A DNA stretch of 64,000 bases from Candidatus Woesearchaeota archaeon (lineage in GTDB: Archaea > Nanobdellota > Nanobdellia > Woesearchaeales > JAGVYF01): positions 19,139-83,138 of the forward strand of contig JAHFLT010000002.1 of the NCBI GenBank assembly GCA_023264635.1. Reading direction: 5' to 3'. The translations under genes were made by a program, and so were the position numbers. Every line of letters begins with the position of its first letter. Positions within the stretch are counted from its first letter, which is position 1. Below are positions 12,001 to 17,004 of the stretch, in pieces. Under the pieces are notes generated by a model. It did no database searches. It was not told the origin of the DNA and saw only the letters and a program-made list of their open reading frames with translations.

Positions 12001-12495
12001 CTTGGATACATTGCAAACGGCGCCAATAAGGCAATTGTAGTGAAAAACAAAGATGGTACCATTATCGGCAGACGCATAGTGAGATTACGACTTGTTGACA
12101 ACAGACCAATACTCTTCCTTGAAAAAATGTATGGCAATAAAGGAGAAAAAGAAATGCTTGATTTTGCCAGAGAAATAGCGGCGACAATGGGGCTTCCTCT
12201 TGCAACGCTTGGCCAAGAAGAGCACAAAATGGTGTTATTTGACGGGAGAAGCCCCTACGATTATAGTGATTCATATGGGAGGGTATTAGAAGGGGGTGAT
12301 GTTGGACTTTATAACCATGAAAAACATAACCGCCAAGCTAATCAGGAAGTGACAAAGCCAATAACAATTAGTGTCGGTATGACCATAGAAGAAATCCCTA
12401 TATCTGCGCTTGCAGAGCACATTGCCGCCATACCATTAAATGAAATTATCCCTGCTGCTCAAGCTGCTGCCCAAGAACAGGCAGTAGCTGGATAG
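49..12495 (+). CDS. Giant multidomain protein (>=4148 aa) with two PBS-lyase/HEAT repeat arrays, an FHA domain and a hydrophobic membrane segment. The reading frame is open back to nt 1, so the N-terminus may be truncated by the window
   Basis: Single uninterrupted ORF. HEAT-like repeats (e.g. 'AIFALGNIGSPEA', 'ALKTIGRIGSPEGIPVLIEALGDKD', 'AVYALGFMDSVPQEAVPILIKIL', 'AAKALGNMGSEALP') at aa ~280-480 and ~2560-3230. FHA signature 'KIGRDSGNDIVIEYPSVSRRHLEITYDKQKGISIRDLNSLNGLLI' at aa ~2300. Hydrophobic stretch 'IATVAAAAIVLINPVVGVGIMVGYALYRVG' at aa ~2490. Confidence 0.8.
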   Translation: MGGNDVVDPHKFQRIDGMSLDSPFRHLFIEVATGFDTPQTLKYYNDLALYPETAPLDSTIVQFSMTGRAYLFVHGKGLVDITKKYQELTFQRPANANQQIQRLLEEAKKCGGKITGAATCPVAVFIKLEQAMRTNNINDKYYYLRQARELLQKVQDGIPATEAAQALTPEDIDQVIASIRETKSASPLAQLIQKIKATPIKPEVMALLIEIDEALSSWRYDTVARALEQLNTYGPDALPALPIIHKVMQQTPPYPDLVESIVNMQSNALQVLGKIGSISYVSDLHNALENAHPRIRLNAAIALGIMGERSSKREQEKIIAALGLLITEEKYEGIRSAAIFALGNIGSPEARANLEELVHLKEYEKNDRDIANILISLGEMGHDAIESWETIIPFTSINQPKYVRVTALKTIGRIGSPEGIPVLIEALGDKDTEIHDAAEFGLHVARKEAVPALIKVIDNKNRNVRQSASKILSEGGIDTIAAVPVLMKKGYSAEAISAEAILLHAKKEIEQGISLTEEQKETAAQAIVTALAYKLSPTALPLGLFILKATGATATDAAMMALSEGRIGPEIAKVIVARTATDEQLQLMLLSENAPVRTVALSVFIQQKGAEAIPTLMDALHDASPEVLIASLTFFLVGRIHLLSSEQKRLLGERVTELVEHPRPAVTAKAITILAELGNQDYLPIIVKFIEDNEYSFRAIIKQVSKEWRSSLGIERYTLEQSQAVSTALSSLAAFGHAAIPSIIERIKVPAVQEGIFNRAYKLFDAELDATINNDLTGFRNWIENDPQNAALLLFDNYPRPEEITSPEQRQEVVTAIKQDLRAARVAQTKYRGVAERYVNGRVVERKMLESPEFVRAKELKLKRLAQMLRNVGEQEAAELQEAERLLQGEAPIFREAERQMGTVTSPEMEQLIAQDPTVTRETALVVLDKLQSELQLPTVLPEEVLPAMQKVKPMLKEELDIDMAITRKLAIAAGDYMGALVSVFTLNPVFVTAGLFAGTAVGGEALKLAMTTSTRQRVEEILSALEEILNLPPDKVANRVVPFEHLYTVARQIHNARADLSDEYIVTRLKELYNARIFAWQIEQLEEFWVLPDIEQAIAIAKSNFPIEYAKAFWNKGAGIHDIAELSERYRTTEGQVTVDLMYHFLPQIERFRMDDYNTLEKRVMDAEMDVLAEAVALPLEEDTTGRIRELLRGREAEVVPENEVKLIEQKRCESPCKERNAFMAALAQAAGLALSDAEREKAQSEGKIVVSLPNGVFVTQEAHNFLQKVVDVKFFESLLEYSNPKHAQYDEVKKVLHQAEQDGKVRTALERAVVQMAKAGIALHENNAFAARDAIRNAVREMNGAGEGITQQLNAALDAKDYRTLMQLLATPESATRQAVLGAMGKRGLAGLAPPFEPALYLKYAYAYAAEEGVRFLMDYVMPFAQQNELQPGWALLYLARAYRMNPEHVKDILGKKPHLATLEIFADEELRIRSATAVTTGQLKKNLLVGDRIHGTSLGALESVRSDGLELSKSFEGEAVVAATEVDNPIKNNLNLLDPLSYAIGRSRERGDWPILLRISRNNPEQPKREGPGYNEIWYHNNIHPEYIEYFNPFTGEWKSITKLTPLEGDSLKKQFSDAWKKQQMQVQGQDKLLVTTNQIYMDTPQYERAYERATAVKTPSLVGEPTRAEHDFTEKKVLALGERLKWPQEMQKKYRSKITILNNEDEALYMYNAYKKIYPTQIEGVQFQRDDYFKPFSVPEKYDVVTLNFPDYVGIPNFEQLVTNIKNALKEEGKFYLVSEGEPGVVSGHITQGNVALLRALKEKGFILVLEGNAEKNLRGYTEEASSLHFPLDLAYVWVFRKSINVPKQADCKGGSLVCTVTFSQPIEDILVTADRITEKIEEATDAILPAPITSLSNDKRSISMTYKTEQQFDYDALKKEIESGLPSGERVTLATSSEEILRKDPHIISFETGRYTLPEIDYSQFSDQARAKYLVNRLDAFLNGPIIKDSFETHEKRVTWRETLPQDVRAYYETNSLRYNLIVKLTFSGWSIIRFYLGDAYIQNNEEVKTAVEEIEKLYLTIDKYDKLSLEDKVLHGKEIKRAAHNVLGALAAGKKAPKGGAGEVSPLQKGAEKAKPLAALTLDIGGQSFPLPKVKVDENIDAEGLLRLIANTADWPQAEKKIKDILAENNLEEGVVVDGDGDLVLYVKDSEGVIRKVGVKAFEQAVSEQVEQPVSCGLGSGFCGGMNTKVLPSIGSETVLRGQTIDIKNPTIELAGKIVEIRLSKSIITLHEKRGRFFLTYEGRDIPLDKPVTKIGRDSGNDIVIEYPSVSRRHLEITYDKQKGISIRDLNSLNGLLISVGKELSPTENVASKNLEVMKKNTRGGMLDLVNKESMGGNAGFYQGYPAVAANFYFNPTTGEIVYFRNIQDVPPDIRAWHAKGTFLAAVDIRSGKYSIFKFWSDTIISGKTMQVMEESIQRFNKEGGFEIPKVTSTTPKGELQMSPIATVAAAAIVLINPVVGVGIMVGYALYRVGTIVFDTIDDWLHPIRPEQQALIDQLKDPNQKEEAANILHGMGARAVPFLLYSLKKMDSETSYSVRNIIVNMGDEAIPALLNALENNDNDIRKNAASIIRSIEPTDKKLIPALIPALSDNDFNVGYDTAITLAKIGADAVPALLKVIKKGGQNSKRNAVYALGFMDSVPQEAVPILIKILQNQDIYYRSFAATALGKSRDPHAIHVLRQALHDTEKKVRAEAAKALGKLNDREVIPELTKLLKDEFIEVRIAAIEAMRIIGITEDDTVTINSLIEIVQTTEDSDIKRAAIRVLGASSSESAVSILVAIARGQNQPQTMKIIALEALGSLGAVAKTAIPHLVEIIRTDPWNNGHYAAKALGNMGSEALPVVLELLRVGGNIPYTIFEDSAVKILVNEGIAAILHQLKGPRSYNRKVAIMALGKLSPEIANTPEIKAELVNALTDHLSSVREKAADALEQMGEAALPELIQLLRGEDDRLLTPAIKLLTRLGAKAVPSLTLLLSDENAIARRMAAKILIGLEDDAAPAVDALIKALNDEDENVQAFAASALSKIKKERKRIITAMLAQLTVSTSPRQEVTLIEALSDMKAEEATPYLISALVSETTRPAATEALGMMGKSAVLPLIDLIEKTNDLDIKTSAIIALASIGLLAEEAIPTLVKTLKDPQLNIVSLNALIALKDAALPSLKKIIEDRTEEPTLRIYAIEGMIKIGKNYKDVGELLWGILLDPTENSNARHAVGARITAISDGESISNKMQIDRKLAEYISRQTDALMDLILHPVKKAALNAIATQLGKERTAHPSERKIGEDEKLTLFEYLFSLSDDQVMNAKELFDQYFKNDPTQYTIDLNSLTELIRHIGLDGLERLIAILNDPYHSVEDILVLAQESLGALPEAEREYTKRKLRWIIENHRMLEEELQEIKELTVGMSSEDAMALLEAIDKANTPDALLSFTRPIGQIFKVKLSSMPPNEVTPFLIKIINALDSMKIAGKTRLNDAQKQEVLAKVRETMQSLPEQEQRRVLFGILTKLSRNKEDILTFLQLFEGQTPLQRLVSEFRDILNDADIQNIITTPLLTTEQKIALLTQLSKDPIDLILKKLPPEAATLQEDIRKISQKSAPTMGTKIPHVFFETVMKVSQFDSSVITSFQQVITAEPVRRTGLLKNLLYEKMVELSRTGYDNTQQIFSGILNAVKIQFHDFRDISKNGREVAETLKQRIEQMMTIKEVKANALGNVFVDFEGNPLHEENRKLRELAEVIEKELLEKNIFNKEAYEQMQKILSTIKINDLLAAFGNNVKIENRENVMRKLTEYRNTPAGRQKDYNGYDLYKLLQKYLKQKHENIFNTVLYDALIHEIEGTFSPWRYQSPDYIATLDAFIENEIKKNGVEDEFKIIDGKNPVEKLANSEYRDIKQNMGRIRTWEQPASKAITIGKEEYTLSFADDLFTLINVGNSPFFFSCQNCISGSYNEGLLGYIANGANKAIVVKNKDGTIIGRRIVRLRLVDNRPILFLEKMYGNKGEKEMLDFAREIAATMGLPLATLGQEEHKMVLFDGRSPYDYSDSYGRVLEGGDVGLYNHEKHNRQANQEVTKPITISVGMTIEEIPISALAEHIAAIPLNEIIPAAQAAAQEQAVAG

Positions 12496-12559
12496 ATTTA
12501 AAAGAGTGAAAGATATAGATTACTAAGAGATATAAAAAACGTAGAAAAAAAAGAAAAAA

Positions 12560-13129
12560 ATGGTGCAACAACTAGAAGATTATATAACAAAACTCTTGAA
12601 AAAGGGGTACAGCAAGAATTTCATTAAAGAGCAGCTGCTTAAAGCAGGTTACGATGAGAATGAAGTTTTCCCCCTCATACATGCCCTTGAAGAGCAATTC
12701 TATCCAAAGGATACTGCGAGAAGATGGCACTTCAGTGCTACAGTAATGGGTGTTATCATTATCATATCAATCACCCTCTTTTTTCTATCCAAAGAGAAAC
12801 CAGTGCAGCTCTGCACAGACACATCCTGCTTAACCGCAGCAGCTAATGCATGCCAGCCTGCGCAGTATTATGAGGATATAGATGGCACAAAGATGCTTTA
12901 TGATGTAAGAGGATGTGTTTTAACAAAGAAGTTCACCATTTTTGGCTCAAAAGAACCAAAAGAGATGCAAGACGTTCTTGGAAAAAAGGAAGTTGAATGC
13001 CGTTACCAAGAAGGACGATTTGACAGGGAATGGCTTGATGTGTTTGGTGGACTAGAGAAATGCACTGGTTCTTTAAAAGAGGCTGTTTATGGATTTCGCT
13101 TAGCCCAAGAAGCTCTTCGTACTGTGTAG
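12560..13129 (+). CDS. Hypothetical small membrane protein (one TM helix, Cys-rich C-terminal domain)
   Basis: ORF fills the intergenic gap. TM 'FSATVMGVIIIISITLFFL'; 6 Cys in the predicted extracytoplasmic part. Confidence 0.5.
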   Translation: MVQQLEDYITKLLKKGYSKNFIKEQLLKAGYDENEVFPLIHALEEQFYPKDTARRWHFSATVMGVIIIISITLFFLSKEKPVQLCTDTSCLTAAANACQPAQYYEDIDGTKMLYDVRGCVLTKKFTIFGSKEPKEMQDVLGKKEVECRYQEGRFDREWLDVFGGLEKCTGSLKEAVYGFRLAQEALRTV

Positions 13130-13234
13130 AAATTTTAAGAATTTTGAGCTTTCTACTTCTATATACGACACTGCCATAATCTTTATATAGTAATTACTGC
13201 TGCAAAAAACAGTAAAAATATCGTGAGGGGGTAG

Positions 13235-15076
13235 ATGATGGTGAAAATCAATAACTTTACTGAGCTTGATAGAGTATTACAAAAATCTTTTTCTGCCATT
13301 CGCAAAGACATCGATAAGATAAAGAAAAATACAGAATCACGTGTTGATGACATCAAAAGGGGCTCTGTCCATGAGAAAACCATGGGGGATACGAAAGTCA
13401 AGTTCCTTACATCCGAGATAAGGAAATTGAAGGATGCGCACGCAGACCTTCTTTCGCTGCAGAAGGCACAGATCGATAAGCTTGATAATGTCAACAAAAA
13501 ACATGCAGACGAACTGAAGCATCACCTTTCTCAAGAGCTTTCCAAGACAGAAGTGGAAACAGACCGCCTGAAGAATGACATTGTGAAATTGGTGTCCATG
13601 CTGAAAGACAAGATGGTCACACGGAAACTCTTTGATGAGCGCAATAAAGTCTATGATAATAATCTATGTGAACTCCTTGATGTAAGCAAAGAAATCAAGG
13701 ACTTCAAAGTAAATGCGAGGCTGCAGGTAGACAAGCAGTTGAGCAATACAAAAGAGGATATAGATGTCCTGAAGGAAGAAATTGCATCAATAAACGAGGA
13801 ATTGGGAGAACTAAGGACAACTGCACAGAGCATATCCGGATTGCGAATGGAACTATCAGAATATGTGGGAAAAGATGAATTTTCACAGAAACTCGCGCTT
13901 TTCGACAAAATGAGCACAAGCGTTGAGAAAATTGACCAGACACTTTCAGAATTGACAGAACTAAAGGAACAAGTACAGGGTGCTGGCAAGATAAGAGAGG
14001 ACATTGATTCTGTCAAGAGCCAGCTTGAAAGCGAGCTTACCAGTGTTCGGGACGCAATGCTTGCAAGAAGTGACCTCGATGAAGTACGCGCAAAGGTTGA
14101 TACGCTACAGTCAATGGTATCTAAAGTAGATGAAATAGAAGAAGCAGTAAAGAAAGCAGGCAAAACAGAACAGGATATAGAAGACCTTAAGGATGAGTTA
14201 TTGGCCCTTCCTGAGCTCAGTAAAGAGTTTGAGAAGTTAAAAAAGGATAATGATAAGCTTTCCCTTAAGGTTGATACACAACAGGTAAAATTAGAGTTAT
14301 TGGATGCTACAACACCAAAAAGAAAGGAAGAAAAAGGAAAAAAAATGGAAGAGAAGAACGAACCAGAGCTTCTCATTGAGCAAAAACCAGAAGACTTGCA
14401 AGACACAGAACAGCCTAATGAGCAAGGATTCTTCTCAAAGACGCTTAAAGGCATTGCTGATTTCTTCATAGAGGACGAAGAGGTACAGACGGCGCAGAAC
14501 TCCCCTATAATGGAGCAAACAGAAGAAGTAAAGAGTGAAGTCAAGGAAGAAAAGAAAGATAATGAGCTGTTTATCAAGAATATTGAGAAGATTTTTGATG
14601 AGGAAGAACCATACACCTTCGAGGGAGGACTTCAGCCAGAGATAACAACACAAAAAGCAGGCTTCTTTACAAGGATAAGGAGCGGAGTTGTGAATTTCCT
14701 GTTTGAAGAAGTTGACGATACTGAAGTCGTACCAGAAACGCAACCAGTTGCCCAAGAGGGATTGACTGGTACCTCGGTTGTTGCTGAAACACAACTGGAC
14801 GAGCCTGTTAGTAAAGCAGTGCCAGCACTTGTCAAATCAAAACCGAAGAAAGCAAAGAGGATACAGAAAAAGAGAGAAATCAAAGAAACAAAGGAAGGAA
14901 AGGAAGAACCTCAATACATGCTAAACAAGAAGCCTCATGTCTTTGAAGAGGAAGATGGTGCTGGAGAAACAGAAGAGAATGGCAAAAAGCGCAAATACAA
15001 GAAAATAAAGGGAGATGACCCATTAGCTGAATTTGCAGAAGAGGAAGTGCTTTATCCAGAAGATTATTTTTATTGA
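13235..15076 (+). CDS. Hypothetical acidic coiled-coil protein with basic K/E-rich C-terminal tail
   Basis: 613-aa ORF. Heptad-like, highly charged sequence (E/K/L/D-rich) over ~350 aa. G-rich SD-like 'GAGGGGG' before the ATG. Confidence 0.6.
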   Translation: MMVKINNFTELDRVLQKSFSAIRKDIDKIKKNTESRVDDIKRGSVHEKTMGDTKVKFLTSEIRKLKDAHADLLSLQKAQIDKLDNVNKKHADELKHHLSQELSKTEVETDRLKNDIVKLVSMLKDKMVTRKLFDERNKVYDNNLCELLDVSKEIKDFKVNARLQVDKQLSNTKEDIDVLKEEIASINEELGELRTTAQSISGLRMELSEYVGKDEFSQKLALFDKMSTSVEKIDQTLSELTELKEQVQGAGKIREDIDSVKSQLESELTSVRDAMLARSDLDEVRAKVDTLQSMVSKVDEIEEAVKKAGKTEQDIEDLKDELLALPELSKEFEKLKKDNDKLSLKVDTQQVKLELLDATTPKRKEEKGKKMEEKNEPELLIEQKPEDLQDTEQPNEQGFFSKTLKGIADFFIEDEEVQTAQNSPIMEQTEEVKSEVKEEKKDNELFIKNIEKIFDEEEPYTFEGGLQPEITTQKAGFFTRIRSGVVNFLFEEVDDTEVVPETQPVAQEGLTGTSVVAETQLDEPVSKAVPALVKSKPKKAKRIQKKREIKETKEGKEEPQYMLNKKPHVFEEEDGAGETEENGKKRKYKKIKGDDPLAEFAEEEVLYPEDYFY

Positions 15077-15272
15077 GTAAAAATCAACTGAAAAATGAGA
15101 GATTTAATACCCGCGCTAATTCTGCTTGAGTAATGATTCTACTCTTCTTTTCCATTGATTGGTACAGAATTTCACGAGAGACACGTTCTGCTTGCTTCAT
15201 CTTTCGCTCTGTGCTGCTCTAGATTGATATATCTCTCTCTAAAAATGGAATGGTAACGATGCAAAATAAGAC

Positions 15273-16565
15273 TTATCTTTCTCTCTGTTCCATCCGTCTA
15301 TAAATGAGATATCCCATGACTAGGAGTACGATAAAGATGATAGCACCAACCCAGAACTTTGTTTCTTTCTCAACAGTAGGGGGAGTGGAGGGAGCAGGGG
15401 GTGTTTCCTTCTTCTCTTCTGGTTTTACTTCTTCTTTCTTACCAGTATCTTCTTTCTTTTCATCTGGTTTCGTTTCTTTTGTCCCTTCTTTCTGTTCTTC
15501 AGTGGCAATAATTTCCTCTTTAGTTTCTTTACCAATAATTGCATAATAACTTAGCCCTTGGAAAGTTGACTCATATCCTACGGAAACACCGGAATCACTT
15601 ATTTTGCTTGTTGGCATCTCTTTCCACTCTTTATCAACTAATCTCAGCAGGACAACATTCTCTGACTTAAGCCGCTTATCACTCAACCAGTCCTTCGCCA
15701 CAGTAAAGGTAATAGTAGTGACAGCTACATCTTCATCCTTTATTTTATCATGCTCAACTTTAATATACTCATAAACAGCATTCTTTAATTCTGGCGCATC
15801 TGGTATTTTAGGATTAAATCTCAATATCTTAATTTCTACTTTCTCCAACGTTTTCTTGAGCTTGATAAGTATCTTGGTGAATGCGATAAACTCACTTATA
15901 ATAGGTATCTGAATCACTTTATCAGCCGGAATAATCGCAAAATTCTTAGTGACAGTATATCCTGAAGTTGTCTTAGAAACTCCACCACCGCCAAAACCAT
16001 TACTATCTGTTGTACCAGGTGATTCAACTTGAGTTCTAAAAGTAAAGCCACCAACATATTTACAGAAACCAAACCTATCACAACTAGTCACATTGAAAAA
16101 ATAAGGGGTATTCTGCGCAAGATCAAATAAAGTAACAGAATGTGATGCTACAAAGCTTGAACTAGAAGAACTAAGTGTCAAAGCATTTGCTGCAGTTCCA
16201 TAAGTAACCACACTTGTTGCAACTTCATCAGTGTCCCATGTAACAGTTGCCTGACGCACGAGGACATTACTTGTCGCTACTCGGGTAATAACTGGATTGA
16301 ATACATCTACCGAAAGAATACCATACCGCCCAGAGTTGGAAACATTGTTATATGTCCCTTGGATTAAATCATCTCCCTCAACCCTATTCCACGTTTTTCT
16401 TGAATCTGCATCGGTCATTGTGCCGATATTACCAGTAAGATTTCCTCCAAGATGCCCTGTAGCACTTACTAAAATAAGACTCGTATTTTCTCCAATCCCT
16501 GTAAAAGCTGAGACTGATGTAATCAACACCAAAAATACAACCAATAACACATACACCTTTTGCAT
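15273..16565 (-). CDS. Secreted surface protein with N-terminal signal peptide, PGF-pre-PGF-like domain, T/P/E/K-rich linker and C-terminal TM anchor
   Basis: N-term 'MQKVYVLLVVFLVLITSVSA'. The domain 'ILRFNPKIPDAPELKNAVYEYIKVEHDKIKDEDVAVTTITFTVAKDWL' resembles archaeal PGF-pre-PGF surface-protein domains. C-term 'FWVGAIIFIVLLVMGYLIYRR'. Confidence 0.6.
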   Translation of the reverse strand: MQKVYVLLVVFLVLITSVSAFTGIGENTSLILVSATGHLGGNLTGNIGTMTDADSRKTWNRVEGDDLIQGTYNNVSNSGRYGILSVDVFNPVITRVATSNVLVRQATVTWDTDEVATSVVTYGTAANALTLSSSSSSFVASHSVTLFDLAQNTPYFFNVTSCDRFGFCKYVGGFTFRTQVESPGTTDSNGFGGGGVSKTTSGYTVTKNFAIIPADKVIQIPIISEFIAFTKILIKLKKTLEKVEIKILRFNPKIPDAPELKNAVYEYIKVEHDKIKDEDVAVTTITFTVAKDWLSDKRLKSENVVLLRLVDKEWKEMPTSKISDSGVSVGYESTFQGLSYYAIIGKETKEEIIATEEQKEGTKETKPDEKKEDTGKKEEVKPEEKKETPPAPSTPPTVEKETKFWVGAIIFIVLLVMGYLIYRRMEQRER

Positions 16566-16592
16566 GAATCAACCCTTTTTTATTTTATAAGT

Positions 16593-16934
16593 TTATGTTA
16601 CAACTTTAAATTTGTCCATAATTTTATTGTTTTGATAATCATAAATTACAACTGTATCACCAAATGCAATCATATAATCACCATTTTTTGCATTTTCATA
16701 AAACTGTGGTTGTTGCGCTCGAACCTTATTGATATCATCTATCTTTGCAATCAATGCATCATTAGGTATCTTTACAAACACATTTAGTTTTGCCTTAAAA
16801 TCTGATGGCAAACCGATTGCGGCACCAGTAACTGGCACTGGACTTGACTGCACACCAAACTGTTGTCCCTTTTCATACCAGACACCAGCTGCAAATCCGA
16901 CTAATAACACTACAATCAACCATTTTGCATCCAT
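16593..16934 (-). CDS. Hypothetical small membrane-anchored protein
   Basis: 113-aa ORF; N-terminal TM 'WLIVVLLVGFAAGVWY'. Confidence 0.45.
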   Translation of the reverse strand: MDAKWLIVVLLVGFAAGVWYEKGQQFGVQSSPVPVTGAAIGLPSDFKAKLNVFVKIPNDALIAKIDDINKVRAQQPQFYENAKNGDYMIAFGDTVVIYDYQNNKIMDKFKVVT

Positions 16935-17004
16935 TTCTCATCACCGTTTCGCGCAAACATCACCTCCTTTTTAAATTTTTAGATTGAAAAAATAAAAAAA
17001 ATAC

